A DNA stretch of 64,000 nucleotides from Candidatus Eiseniibacteriota bacterium (GCA_963792585.1 CAWBWI010000001.1:928001-992000); one strand, 5' to 3'; shown: positions 35,170 through 47,896, counted from the first letter of the stretch. Notes: generated by a model from the sequence alone, not told the origin. A program made the numbers and translations.

Positions 35170-36845
35170 CGGGCGGCCCCCCCTTGCGCCAGATTGCTCG
35201 TCGAGGCGAAGTGCACACGCCAGAAGGGGACGAGGGCGAGCCCGGTCGGGCCGATTTCCACGCCCTGGACCTCGGGACGCCAAGCGTATGCAATCGAGGA
35301 GTGGTAGAGGGGAACCAGCGGCACGTCCTGTAGGATCCGCTCCTGCAGCAGGAGATAGGTCCGGCTCCGCTCCGGCCCGGGTTGGAGCACCCGCGCCTGA
35401 TCCAGAAGATTGTCCGCCTCGGATGAGCGATATCCGAACAAATTGCTCTCTCCCCTGCTGTGGAACAGCGGGAAGAGGAATGCGTCTGGATCGGGCAGGT
35501 CCGCCACCCAGCTCATCGAGAACGCCTGAAGTTCCCCCGCAACGGCGAGACTGTCGAGCTGCGACCACGAATAGACCTGGATCTTGACATCGAATCCGAC
35601 AGCCTCGAGATCGCGCCGGATCTGCTCCGCGAGACTTCGGGAGGCCCGTCCACCGCGCCAGAAGCCGATCGACACCGGCGCAAGCCCCTTGCCGCCTGGG
35701 AATCCCGCATCTGCGAGGATCCGCCGCGCCTCCTCCGGATCCGGGCGCGGCATCCTGTCGACCGGTTCCCTCCCGGGCATGCCCGGAGGAAGGAGTCCGA
35801 AGACGGGCACCTTGCCTTCGGGGTCCTTCGCGGTCAGGACGTCGCGGTGGATCGCAAGGAGCACCGCGCGCCGGACCGCCGCGATGTCGAACGGCGGCCT
35901 GTCCGTGCGCAGCCCCAGGAACGCCAGCGAGAGTTCGGGCGACCGGTAGACCGAAAGCCCGAGGGCGAGCGCCTCTGGCCCACCGCCCGCGCTGAGCGAA
36001 GCGAAGTCGATTCGACCATCGGCGATCGCGCGGGATTCACTCGTCGTGTCCACATCGGCGCTCGAGAGGAACACCAAGGAGTCGAGCAGTGCCGGGGTTC
36101 CCCAATAGTCAGCGTTCCGGGCAAGGTGGGCGTCTCCACCGTCGGCCTTTCGGGAGAACCGAAACGGACCGGTCCCATTCGGTTCTCGCTCCGCGCGTGG
36201 GGCGCCGACGCCGTCGAAGTACGCGCTCGAAACGACGACGGTCTGGTCCATCGCAAGGACTTTGAGGAAGAGCGAGAACGGATGGAGGAGTTCGATTTCG
36301 AGCGTGTGGTCATCGATGACCCGGATCCCCCGAACATCCGGCGCGCGTCCGCTCTGATAGTCTTCGGCCCCCACGATGTGCAGCAGGTAATTCTCGGCGA
36401 GGCAGCGGCCATGGATATCCGGGGCCAGGCAACGCTGGAAGGAGAACGCAGCGTCTTTCGCCGTCAGCGGCGAACCGTCATGGAAGCGGATCCCCTTTCG
36501 CAGGTTGAAGACGTAGCGCAGGCCGTCCGTGGAAATGGTCCAGGTGGTGGCAAGGCAGGGCTCCAGACGCAGTGCGGTGTCGAGCGTGAGCAGGCCCTCA
36601 TACACCTGGCGGAGCACGACCGACTCGTACACTTCGTCGATCTCACGCGGATCGAGGGAGCGCGCGGGCTCGCTGAGAATGCGTAGGACCCCGCCGCTCG
36701 GAGGCGGCGGAACCGCCGTACGGACGGTTCTCGATTCCTTCCCGCACCCTGCGACGAGCAGAATGGCGGCAAGGGCGACACGTCCCGGCAATCGCAGGGT
36801 CTTCCACGGAAATATCTGCATCCGTCCCTCGATGGCGACCTCCAC
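35166..36845 (-). CDS. ABC family-5 (OppA/DppA-like) solute-binding lipoprotein
   Basis: LVAGC lipobox; SLDP, VYEGL, LRKGIRFHDG, GTGPF, RNADYWG, PPFD...VRRA, WVADLPDPD. Confidence 0.9.
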   Translation of the reverse strand: MEVAIEGRMQIFPWKTLRLPGRVALAAILLVAGCGKESRTVRTAVPPPPSGGVLRILSEPARSLDPREIDEVYESVVLRQVYEGLLTLDTALRLEPCLATTWTISTDGLRYVFNLRKGIRFHDGSPLTAKDAAFSFQRCLAPDIHGRCLAENYLLHIVGAEDYQSGRAPDVRGIRVIDDHTLEIELLHPFSLFLKVLAMDQTVVVSSAYFDGVGAPRAEREPNGTGPFRFSRKADGGDAHLARNADYWGTPALLDSLVFLSSADVDTTSESRAIADGRIDFASLSAGGGPEALALGLSVYRSPELSLAFLGLRTDRPPFDIAAVRRAVLLAIHRDVLTAKDPEGKVPVFGLLPPGMPGREPVDRMPRPDPEEARRILADAGFPGGKGLAPVSIGFWRGGRASRSLAEQIRRDLEAVGFDVKIQVYSWSQLDSLAVAGELQAFSMSWVADLPDPDAFLFPLFHSRGESNLFGYRSSEADNLLDQARVLQPGPERSRTYLLLQERILQDVPLVPLYHSSIAYAWRPEVQGVEIGPTGLALVPFWRVHFASTSNLAQGGAAR

Positions 36846-36909
36846 CGGCTAAGCATCGGCCGCCCGCGACCGGATCTTGACCCATCACTCCGGCGTCCAA
36901 CTGTCTGTA

Positions 36910-36938
36910 TTGACCGAAGTTGGGGGGCTCTCTAGGAT
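36910..36938 (+). promoter_or_regulatory. Putative sigma70 promoter of nadE
   Basis: TTGACC-17 nt-TAGGAT ending 17 nt before the ATG. Confidence 0.55.
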
Positions 36939-36955
36939 TCCACGAAGGGGGGGGC

Positions 36956-38712
36956 ATGCCGCTTCGACTGGCTCTCGCGCAGATCAATCCCACGGTCGGG
37001 GATCTCGATGCAAATCTCCGGTCGATCGACGAGGCTGTCACGGCCCTCGCGCCTGCGGCCCCCGATCTCATCGCGTTCCCGGAACTCTCGCTGACCGGCT
37101 ATCCGCCCGAGGATCTGCTCCACTACCATCGTTTCCTCGAAGATGTGGAGTCGGCAGTTCTGCGGCTGGCCGCCAGCCACCCGGCGCAACGACTGATTAT
37201 TGGTGCGCCCCTCCGAGAGGGCGACGACCTCTACAACGCGGCCCTGCTCCTTCATGAAGGGGCAATCCGGCATGTCTATCGGAAGTGCACCCTGCCGAAC
37301 TACGGGGTCTTCGACGAGAAACGCTACTTCCGGCCCGGCCGGCTCGCCACCGTGTACCGCCTTGGCGCCTGGTCGATCGGGGTCAGCATCTGCGAGGATA
37401 TCTGGGCGCCGCGAGGGGTGCCGGCGCTGCAGGCGGAAGCGGGAGCGCGCGTGCTCGTCAACCTTTCCTCCTCCCCTTACGCGGCCGGCAAGACGGGCGA
37501 ACGCGCGGGCCTGATCCGCCACCGCGCGCTCCAGCATGGGGTCCACCTCGCGTATGTGAACCTCGTCGGCGGACAGGATGAGTTGGTCTTCGACGGGGAC
37601 AGCCTCGTCTGCGCCCCCGACGGATCGCTCATCGCACGCGGCGCGCAAGTTCGAGACCGACACGATCGTCGTCGACTTCGACGAGGCGACCGCCGCTACG
37701 GACCGACCCCTTGGGACGACGCAGCCTTCGTGCAGCCTCGGTACGAGGAGATCGAAGAGATCGAGGACGAGCTACGGGTCGAGAGGATCGACCTGGGGGA
37801 TCTTCCGCCGGCGCGCCGCCCGGCGATCCCGCCACGCTCGATCGCGCCCGACCCCATCGAAGAGGAAGAGATCTACGGCGCCCTCGTCCTCGGAACGCGC
37901 GACTACGTTCGCAAGAACGGCTTCCGAGACGTCGTACTCGGGTTGAGCGGCGGAATCGACTCCGCGCTGACGGCCGTCATCGCGGTCGACGCCTTGGACT
38001 GCGCGTCGGTCCACGCCCGTCACCATGCCCGGACCGTACACTTCTTCCTCCTCCCTTCAGGGGGCGGTGGACTTGGTCCGCAACATCGGCTGCGCCATGG
38101 AGTCCGTTTCGATCGGCGGGATCCTCGAGGGATACCTGCAGGCCCTGCGACCGATGCTGGCCGATGCGTCCCGTGGCGTGACCGAGGAGAATCTGCAGGC
38201 ACGCATCCGCGGCAACTGCCTCATGGCTTTCTCGAATGCGCGCGGATGGCTCGTTCTGACCACCGGCAACAAGAGCGAACTCGCGGTCGGCTACTGCACC
38301 CTCTACGGCGACATGGCCGGCGGCTTCGCGGTGATCAAGGACGTGCCCAAGGATCTCGTTTACCGCCTGGCGCGATGGCGCAACGCGCGATCGGGCGATC
38401 CCGGTCCGATCCCCGAGGACACACTGACGCGCCCCCCCTCGGCCGAGTTGCGTCCCGATCAGAAGGACGAGGACACACTTGCCCCCCTATCCAATCCTCG
38501 ACGCCATCCTCGAAGCGCGGATCGAGCGCGAGGAGTCTCCGGAGGCTCTCGCGGCGCGCGGATTCGATCCCGAGGTCGTGCGCAAGGTGTACGCCTGGAT
38601 CGACGGCAACGAGTACAAGCGCCGACAGGCTCCGCCGGGAATCAAGATCACGCCCCGCGCGTTCGGCAAGGACCGCCGCTACCCGATCACGAACCGTTAC
38701 CGAGCGCGCTGA
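36956..38712 (+). CDS. nadE: Glutamine-dependent NAD+ synthetase (frameshifted)
   Basis: Nitrilase domain FPELSLTGYPPEDL, LPNYGVFDEKRYF, ICEDIW; synthase GLSGGIDS, ENLQARIRG, GNKSE, PPSAELRPDQKD, EYKRRQAPPG. Confidence 0.94.
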
Positions 38713-38726
38713 GGGCGCGGGATCCT

Positions 38727-40101
<1,375 letters not shown>

Positions 40102-40238
40102 GTCCCCTCCCTGTTCGATCCCATCGCCACGCCGTCGCAATGTACCCTCTCGTGCGCGCGCGGTCAACGCGGGTGGCGTCCTCGGGTTCCAACCGCTATC
40201 CTGGAACGGCGCCCTGCGGCGCCACAAAGGAGGAGAGG

Positions 40239-41399
40239 ATGCGGATCGCCGTTCTTGGTGCCGGAAAACAGGGTGTCGCTTGCGCGGCCGACGTTCTTCG
40301 CGAAACGGATGTCACGGAAGTCCTGCTCGCCGACTCGAGTCGGGAGCGACTCGACCGCGGCCACCGACGTCCTCCGCAATCCCCGCCTTCGCATTCACGA
40401 GGTCGACGCTTCCGACGAGACCGCGCTCGTGCCCACGCTACGGGGACTTCGGCGGTCGCGAGCGCCGTCCCCTATTTCCTGAACCTCGGCGTGACGCGGG
40501 CGGCCATCCGGGCCGGCTGCTCGATGACCGACATGGGCGGGAACACCGATGTCGTCTTCCTGCAGCGGTCGCTCGACGCGGAGGCGCGCGCGGCCGGGGT
40601 CACGATCGTGCCCGATCTCGGCCTCGCGCCCGGACTCGGGAACATCCTCGCGATCCAGCGCCATCGAGGGGATGGACGAGGTCGATTCCGTGAAGATCCG
40701 GTGCGGCGGCCTGCCGCTCGACCCGCAGCCCCCGCTCGGATACGCGCTCTTCTTCTCGATCCACGGGTTGCTCAACGAGTACTGCGGGCGAGTCGGTCTG
40801 CCTGCGGGACGGACAGATCGCCCGGATCCCTACCCTGACCGAATCGGAGTGGATCGAGTTCCCCGAGCCGGTCGGCATCTGCCGGCCGTTCACACCTCGG
40901 GAGGTTCCTCCACGCTCCCATGGACCCTCGAGGGGCGCGTCCGCCATCTCGACTACAAGACAGTCCGCTACCCCGGCCACTGGCCGCGGATCCGTTTCCT
41001 CAAGGAACTCGGGTCTACTCGAGACGCAGCCGGTTCGCGTCGGGCGCGTCACCCTGCCCCCGCGCGAAATCGCGGCGTCACTGCTCGAGCCGGTGCTCGA
41101 CCGCCCCGAAACGCGCGACATCGATCGTCCTGCGGGTGACCGCGCGCGGCAATCGAAACGGCGTCGAGACGACCCGGCGCTTCGACCTCCTCGAGATCGG
41201 GGAGCCCCACCCGGGCCCCACGGCGATGATGAAGTTGACGGCCTACCCGACCGCCGCCGTTGCGCTGGCCCTCGCCCGCGGTCGGATCCGCGGCGCGGGC
41301 GTCGTCGCGGCGGAAACGGCGGTCGACGCGGAAGAGATGATTGCCCATCTCGCGAGCCGCGAGATCAAGGTCACGCGCACGGAGACTACCCGGACCTAA
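40239..41399 (+). CDS. Saccharopine dehydrogenase / lysine 6-dehydrogenase family (frameshifted)
   Basis: IAVLGAGKQG, SAVPYFLN, DMGGN, DLGLAPG, CGGLP, FSIHGLLNEY, TSGGSST, YKTVRYPGH, AMMKLTAYP. Confidence 0.88.
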
Positions 41400-41429
41400 C
41401 GGGCGGGGAGCGCCGGAAGCGCTCGGGGG

Positions 41430-42298
41430 CTAGCGTCCCTTCTCGCGGTTCTGGAGGATCTCGACGTAGTGGGTCAACTGCCGGACGCGGGGCTTGTCCT
41501 GCTGCTTCGAGTAGATCAAGACCAGGTTTCGCAGCATCCGGACCACGATGTCCCGGCTCGAGGAGGTCGCGATGTACTCCTCCTTGAAGTAGTAGCCGGC
41601 TCCGGTCAGAGTACTGCGCACAGTCCTTGCGGGTAAGCAGCCGCCCACCGTTGTACGGGTCGATGTAGATCTTCAACCTCGCCATCCTCGTACTTGACGA
41701 GGAAGTGGCCCGGCAGGCCGACTCCCCGGACGGGCAGGCCAAGGCGTTCGGTCAGCAGCAGGTAGAGCGCGGAGAGGGTGATCGGGATCCCGGTCCGCGT
41801 TTCGAGAACGCGGTTCATGAAGCTGTTGTCGGGCTTGTAGTAGTCGGCGGTGTTGCCGGTGAAGTGCAGTTCCTCGAAGAGGTAGCCGTTCACCGCCTGG
41901 ATGATCTCATGGGGTTGAATCAGTCCGCGGATCCTCTCGCGAAGAACGGTGGCGAGAGCATCGAGTTGCCGGCGGAAACCATCCCGATCCAACTCCGGAT
42001 ACTCGATGCGCGCGATCGCGATGGCGCCGTCTTCGAGACCGAAGTTCTCGTCGCTCCTGCCGGCCAGCGCCTGAAATTCCGCCTCGAGGTGATCGAGTTG
42101 GATGCGGGCCATGATGTGGCGCGCGCGCAGGCGCGTGCGCGGGTCAGGCGACTCGGAAGCCTCGCGGAGGTACACGATCGCGGGCGGGCCGATTTCGAGC
42201 AGATGCTCCCAAACGGTATGAAGCACCTTCACGTCCTCGTCGGCGAGCAATGAAATCAGAGCCCGGTACTCTCGATCGTTCAGAGACTTGGTCGGCAT
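41430..42298 (-). CDS. SirB1/transglutaminase-like (Transglut_core2) protein (frameshifted)
   Basis: F-x-GNTADYYKPDNSFMNRVLETRTGIPITLS, GVGLPGHFLV, YIDPYNGG, IVVRMLRNL. Confidence 0.87.
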
Positions 42299-42488
42299 CG
42301 ACACCTCTCGGCTACGTATTCCAACCCGACTCCCCCACCCAGCCCCTCGCCCACAGTGCAAGGGTACCCCCCGGTGGTGGGCGTCTCAACGCAAATCATC
42401 CGGCGCATGGATCCGCCGCGGAGCGCAACGTATACTGCTTGACAGGAAAACAGGTTCCGTGCAACCGCGCGCGGAGAAGGAGGTTTGC

Positions 42489-45400
42489 TTGGCGACTCGC
42501 CGCGAGATTCTCCGGATCGCCGGGGTTTTGGCTTCAGCGCCGACTGTCAGTTACCGCGAGCACGAAGCGCTCGCGAGGATCCGGCGCGAGCTGGACCACG
42601 CGGGCATCGATTACGCGACCGATCGATACGGCAACTTGCTTGCCCGCTACCGAGGATCGCGCGCCCGTGGTCGGTCGGTCGCCTTCTGCGCGCACACGGA
42701 TCATCCCGGATTCATCGTCGAAGCAAGCGCGCGACGTCGCGCGCACGCGCGCTGGATCGGGGGAGTCCAAGAGCGCTACTTCCCGCGCGCGCGCGTCCGC
42801 GTCGAAACGAGGACGGGACCCGTGCGCGGCCGCGTCGTCGCGTACGAGAAAGGTCCGAACGGCCGTGTCGCGCGGATCGCCATCACGTTCGACCGCGAGG
42901 TGTCGCCGGGAGCGATCGGCGGATGGGACCTGACGCCATTCGCCGTGGAGGGATCCTGGATCCGTACGAAATCGGCGGACGACCTGTTGGGATGCGCGGC
43001 GATCGTCTGCATGTTGAAGGACCTCGTTGCGACCCGTCCGGCGATCGACGCATGGGGAATCTTCACACGCGCCGAGGAGGACGGGCTCTTCGGCGCCTCG
43101 GCGCTTGCCGCTTCAGGGGTGCTGCCGAGAGAATGCGCCTTTGTCAGCCTCGAGACGAGCAGGGAGCTCCCATGCGGACGGCTCGGCCAGGGTGTCATCG
43201 TCCGTGTGGGCGATCGGATGAGCGTCTTCGATCCCGCCGTCAGCGGCGGGCTCCTGGAAAGCGCCGAAGAACTCGCGAAGCGTGACCGGCGCTTCAGATT
43301 CCAGCGCGGCCTCATGGATGGCGGCTCCTGCGAAGCGAGCGCGTTTCAGGCGTTCGGATATGCGGCCGGAGGTCTGGCCCTCCCCCTCGGCAACTATCAC
43401 AACATGGGCGAGAAACGGACTGCCGAGGAGGTCGTGCACGTCGATGACCTCGTCGGAATGAGTCGACTGCTGCCGGTCGCCGCCAAGCGGATTGCGTCGG
43501 GCCGCTCGCCCTTGGCCGTGCTGCGCGCGAAGCTTTCCAAGCGACTCCCCGCCGCGAAGCGGGAGTTGATCGCGTCGCGCAATCTCCTCGGGGGGCTCCT
43601 GATCGCGGGGCTGATCGCGGGAACGGCGACGGCCGGGCCACTCTCCGATCGCGCGACCCCGTCCCCGCCGAAATCGGGCGCGGCACGACCGATGCTGGAG
43701 CCGCGCGGCATGGCGGAGGCGGACCCGCTCGCCGTCTACGACGCTCTCCGATATGACATCTCAATCCGGATCGATCCTCCTGCGGAGAGCATCCAGGGGT
43801 CGGTGACGATGCTCCTTCGCGCAGAAACCGACATCGAGGCCGTGCCGGTCGATTGCGGAGCGAACCTGACCGTTGACTCGGTCGCCGTCGACGGGAGCCG
43901 CGCAAGCTTCTCCCGGCCCGGCCCCGACGAGCTTCGCATCGACCTGTCCGGGACTCTGGGCACGGGCGACAGCGTCCTGGTTGCCATCTATTATCACGGC
44001 GGTTCGATCCCCTCCCCTTTCACGGGTTTCGAGTTCTTCTCGAAGCATGGCGAGGGAACCGACGAGTTTCCGGTCGTTTCCACGATGAGCGAGCCGGACT
44101 TCTCCCACGCATGGTGGCCCTGCAAGGATCGGTTCGACGACAAGGCGCTCGCGTCGCTGACCATCGACGCGCCGCGCGGCTACGTCGTCGCCGGGTTCGG
44201 TCTCGGGACCATCGAGGAGGATCCGGTCGGCGATCGCCGCCGGACACGGTGGACGACCGCCTACCCGATCACTCCCTACCTCGTCTCATTCGCGGCATCC
44301 AACTACGTCTCCTGGACCGGCATCTACACCGGTGAGGACCTGGAGCCGATGCCGCTCGTCTTCTACGCCTACCCCGAAGACTCGTCCAAGGCCGCTGCGG
44401 ACTGGACGACGACCTCGGAGGCGATCACGGCATTCGAGTCCTTCTTCGGGCGCTATCCGTTCCGGAACCCGACGATCGGCGTCGAGAAACTCGGGATCGT
44501 GGAGTTTCCATGGAGAAGCGGCGCCATGGAAAATCAGACGATGATCTTCATGGGCGAGGGTTTTGTCTCCGGCGACAAGACCTTCGATTCGGTCCTCGCC
44601 CACGAGGTCGCCCACCAGTGGTTCGGCGATGCCGTGACGCCGACCTCGATCGATCACATCTGGCTCAATGAAGGCTTCGCGACCTACGGGGAGGCTCTCT
44701 TCTACGAGCACCGAAACGGGACGGCCGGTTATCGCGACTGGATGCAGCACATCCGCAGCCCCCTCGACTTCGAGTACCGCGGACCTCTCGTCGAGCCCGA
44801 TGAGTCGTTCGGGTCGACCGTCTACCGCAAGGGCGGGTGGCTCCTGCACATGTTGCGGGGCGTGCTCGGCGATCAGGATTTCTTCCGCGCCCTGAACACC
44901 TACTACGACCGATACGAGTATGCAAACGCCTCCACGGACGACTTCGTCCGGGCGGTCGAGGAAACGGCGGGCAGTGATCTGCGGTGGTTCTTCACTCCGT
45001 GGCTCTACGGAATCGGCCGGCCCCGGATCGCATGGGACTGGGAGACGGACGAACGCGGAAGCGCGAACGAGGTTCGACTCCTTATCTCGCAGACACAGGA
45101 TCCGATCGTCTATCCCCGGGGCGCCCCGCAGGATGGGGCGCCGGAGTCGTTCCGCTTCCCCCTCGAGGTGAGGATGTTCGCCGCCGGCGACAGCTCCAGC
45201 CGCACCGTATTCGTGGGGCAGAGGACGGCCGCCTTCTTGATCGACGACGTCCCCTTCCGTCCCGACAGCATCGCCCTCGACCCCGACCAGTGGATCCTCC
45301 GCGAGATCGCCCCGCGGGGCGCCGGCCTGCGCCCGAACGCGGCCGTCGCGTTCCCGAACCCGAGCCGGGGTCCGACGACGTTCATCGTGCATGTCGCCTC

Positions 45401-45602
45401 CGGTGCGCCGACCGAGGTCGAGATCTTCGATCCGGCGGGCCGGAGGGTCCGTTCCTTCGACCCACTGATAGGCGCCGGTCCCCATGCGATCTCCTGGGAC
45501 GGCCGGAACGATGCGGGCATTCGAGTGGCCTCGGGATTCTATTGGCTGCGGACGGCGGGACCCGGCGGCTCCGAGAGGGCCCGCGTCGTGGTCGTCAGAT
45601 GA
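42489..45602 (+). CDS. M42/M28-type peptidase in-frame with a secreted M1 aminopeptidase plus CTD (may be two genes)
   Basis: N-terminal AHTDH, ADD, RAEE, GNYH; signal-like segment from about 43566; M1 GAMEN, HEVAHQWFG, WLNEGFA, VYRKG; CTD FPNP...WDGRNDAG. Confidence 0.8.
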   Translation: MATRREILRIAGVLASAPTVSYREHEALARIRRELDHAGIDYATDRYGNLLARYRGSRARGRSVAFCAHTDHPGFIVEASARRRAHARWIGGVQERYFPRARVRVETRTGPVRGRVVAYEKGPNGRVARIAITFDREVSPGAIGGWDLTPFAVEGSWIRTKSADDLLGCAAIVCMLKDLVATRPAIDAWGIFTRAEEDGLFGASALAASGVLPRECAFVSLETSRELPCGRLGQGVIVRVGDRMSVFDPAVSGGLLESAEELAKRDRRFRFQRGLMDGGSCEASAFQAFGYAAGGLALPLGNYHNMGEKRTAEEVVHVDDLVGMSRLLPVAAKRIASGRSPLAVLRAKLSKRLPAAKRELIASRNLLGGLLIAGLIAGTATAGPLSDRATPSPPKSGAARPMLEPRGMAEADPLAVYDALRYDISIRIDPPAESIQGSVTMLLRAETDIEAVPVDCGANLTVDSVAVDGSRASFSRPGPDELRIDLSGTLGTGDSVLVAIYYHGGSIPSPFTGFEFFSKHGEGTDEFPVVSTMSEPDFSHAWWPCKDRFDDKALASLTIDAPRGYVVAGFGLGTIEEDPVGDRRRTRWTTAYPITPYLVSFAASNYVSWTGIYTGEDLEPMPLVFYAYPEDSSKAAADWTTTSEAITAFESFFGRYPFRNPTIGVEKLGIVEFPWRSGAMENQTMIFMGEGFVSGDKTFDSVLAHEVAHQWFGDAVTPTSIDHIWLNEGFATYGEALFYEHRNGTAGYRDWMQHIRSPLDFEYRGPLVEPDESFGSTVYRKGGWLLHMLRGVLGDQDFFRALNTYYDRYEYANASTDDFVRAVEETAGSDLRWFFTPWLYGIGRPRIAWDWETDERGSANEVRLLISQTQDPIVYPRGAPQDGAPESFRFPLEVRMFAAGDSSSRTVFVGQRTAAFLIDDVPFRPDSIALDPDQWILREIAPRGAGLRPNAAVAFPNPSRGPTTFIVHVASGAPTEVEIFDPAGRRVRSFDPLIGAGPHAISWDGRNDAGIRVASGFYWLRTAGPGGSERARVVVVR

Positions 45603-45704
45603 ACAGGGGCCTGGTCGACATCGTCGGCGGCCCCTCTCCCGCCGGACCGGTTGACGGCTCACAACCGACTCCGTACCGTGAGATTCCAGTCCAATGGAGG
45701 TGCG

Positions 45705-46688
45705 ATGCGTATCGGTGAACTCGAATTCAACCGCGGGATCTTCCTGGCGCCGATGGAGGACGTCAGCGAGCGGCCTTTCCGCCGCCTCTGCCGGCGCTTC
45801 GGCGCGGATCTCGTGTATACCGAGTTCATCTCCTCGGAGGCCCTGATCCGCCGCGTCGCCGCCATGCACGGCAAGATGCGCCTGGCCGACGACGAGCACC
45901 CGGTCGGCATCCAGCTCTACGGCAACCGGGAAGAGGCCCTGGTCGAGGCGGCCCACATCAGCGAGGAAGCCGGTCCCGATCTGATCGACATCAACTTCGG
46001 TTGTCCCGCCAAGAAGGTCGCCTGCAAGGGGGCGGGCGCAGGCATGCTCCGCGAACCCGACCGCCTGGTCGAACTGGCCGCAGCCGTCGTTCGCGCGGTG
46101 AGACTCCCGGTGACGGTCAAGACCCGGCTCGGTTGGGACTCCGGGTCGATCGTGATCGCCGACCTGGCCCGCCGGTTGGAGGATGTCGGCGTCGCGGCGA
46201 TCGCCATCCATGCCCGCACACGGCAACAGGCGTTCAAGGGAGATGCGGACTGGAGTTGGATCGCGCAGGTCAAGCAGGCGGTCTCGATCCCCGTCATCGG
46301 GAACGGGGACGTCCGGTCTCCGCAAGATGTGGCGCGGATGTTCGAGACGACCGGCTGCGACGCGGTGATGATCGGTCGGGGGGCGATCGGGCACCCGTGG
46401 CTTTTCGAGCGGGCGAAGGCGTTTCTGGCGACCGGTGTCGATCCCGGCCCGCCGCCGATGCGCGAGCAGGTCGAGGTCTACTACGACTTCCTCGCCGATT
46501 CCATCGCGGAGAAGGGCGAGCGAAAGGGATTGCTCGAGTCGCGCCGCCAGCTGAGCACGATCCTCAAAGGGCTCCCCCATGTCGCCGAGGTTCGCAGCGC
46601 GGCGATGCGGGAGACGACCGTCGAGGGAATCCGCGAACTGCTCGATCGGTTCCTCGAGGAGCAGGCTGAGGCGGAGGTTCGGGTGTGA
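45705..46688 (+). CDS. dusB: tRNA-dihydrouridine synthase B
   Basis: LAPMEDVS, YTEFIS, IDINFGCPAKKV, VTVKTRLG, IHART, IGNGDV, VMIGRGA. Confidence 0.92.
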   Translation: MRIGELEFNRGIFLAPMEDVSERPFRRLCRRFGADLVYTEFISSEALIRRVAAMHGKMRLADDEHPVGIQLYGNREEALVEAAHISEEAGPDLIDINFGCPAKKVACKGAGAGMLREPDRLVELAAAVVRAVRLPVTVKTRLGWDSGSIVIADLARRLEDVGVAAIAIHARTRQQAFKGDADWSWIAQVKQAVSIPVIGNGDVRSPQDVARMFETTGCDAVMIGRGAIGHPWLFERAKAFLATGVDPGPPPMREQVEVYYDFLADSIAEKGERKGLLESRRQLSTILKGLPHVAEVRSAAMRETTVEGIRELLDRFLEEQAEAEVRV

Positions 46689-47089
46689 TCCCCCGCGCTT
46701 GGCCGCGAGCTTGGGAGCCGTTGGTCGCGGCGGCGGCCGCTGCGCTTCCCCATGCCCGGAGCCGTCCCCGGCGCGCGGCCGCGATCCTCGACGCTGACGG
46801 AGGGGTCCACTGCGGGGTTTCGATCCAGGCGATCCACCCACCCGGAGCTTCCGTCTGCGCCGAACAGGTGGCCGTCGCCTCGATGTGCGCGGATGGCGCG
46901 CGTGCCCCGATCCGACTGGTTGTGCTCTCCCCTCGGGTTCCGGAGCGGCCGTGCGGTCGCTGTCTTCAGTTCCTGCTGGAGTTCAGCGAATCGGTCGAGA
47001 TCCGTTGGGGCACTCCGGGGCACGAGCACGGACGATCGACCGTCGAACGTCTCCTTCCGCTGGCCTTCCGCGACTATCGGGGTGTCTGA
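46685..47089 (+). CDS. cdd: Cytidine deaminase-like protein
   Basis: SVCAEQVA and PCGRCLQ zinc motifs; LLPLAF C-terminus; GTGA overlap with dusB. Confidence 0.75.
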   Translation: MIPRAWPRAWEPLVAAAAAALPHARSRPRRAAAILDADGGVHCGVSIQAIHPPGASVCAEQVAVASMCADGARAPIRLVVLSPRVPERPCGRCLQFLLEFSESVEIRWGTPGHEHGRSTVERLLPLAFRDYRGV

Positions 47090-47868
47090 TGCCGCCCGAT
47101 TCATCCGGAGGCTTCACCCCTCTGTCCGCGAAGTTCCGTGAGGAAGCCGTCTCCGCCGCGAGTTGGCTGGCCGAGCACGAGGGACAATCCCCCCCCGAAT
47201 CCGTGGGGCAAACCGTGCGGGCTCTGGCCGGATGCATCGACGAGACGCTCCTGGCGCCGACCGCCACCCCCAGCGCCATCGTCATGCTCTGTGCGGGAGC
47301 CCGCGACTCGGCCTTCGCTGCGGTCTGCGTCTCCCCCATCCATGTCGCCCTCGCGGCCAGGGAGCTCGCCGGAACCCGTGTCGCTGTCGCCACGGTGGTC
47401 GGCTTCCCCAGCGGCGCCCACCGATCGGAAGTCAAAGCGGCCGAAGCGGCCCGGGCGGTTGAGGACGGCGCCCTGGAGATCGACATGGTGATTCCCATTG
47501 GACTCCTGAAGGCCCGGATGGATGATGCGGTTCGGGCCGACATCGCCGCCGTCGTCAAGGCCTCGTCCGGACGGACGGTGAAGGTCATCCTCGAGACCGC
47601 CGCCCTCGAGGACGAGGAGAAGGTCCGAGGCGTTCACCTCGCCCGCGAGGCCGGCGCGATCTTCGTCAAGACATCGACCGGCTTCGGGCCCGGCGGCGCG
47701 ACGGAGGCCGACGTCGCCATCCTGCGCCGCGAGGCGGGCCTCATCATGGGCGTCAAGGCGTCCGGCGGCATCCGCACCGCGGTCGCCGCGCTCCGCATGG
47801 TGGGCGCCGGGGCCGATCGGATCGGTACCAGTTCGGGCGGCGCGATTCTTGCGGCCGTCCGCTCTTGA
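47089..47868 (+). CDS. deoC: Deoxyribose-phosphate aldolase
   Basis: AVCV, TVVGFPSG, EIDMVI, KVILET, FVKTSTGF, VKASGGIRT, RIGTSSG. Confidence 0.92.
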   Translation: MPPDSSGGFTPLSAKFREEAVSAASWLAEHEGQSPPESVGQTVRALAGCIDETLLAPTATPSAIVMLCAGARDSAFAAVCVSPIHVALAARELAGTRVAVATVVGFPSGAHRSEVKAAEAARAVEDGALEIDMVIPIGLLKARMDDAVRADIAAVVKASSGRTVKVILETAALEDEEKVRGVHLAREAGAIFVKTSTGFGPGGATEADVAILRREAGLIMGVKASGGIRTAVAALRMVGAGADRIGTSSGGAILAAVRS

Positions 47869-47896
47869 TCGAACTTTTCTCATGCCCGCTTTCGGC

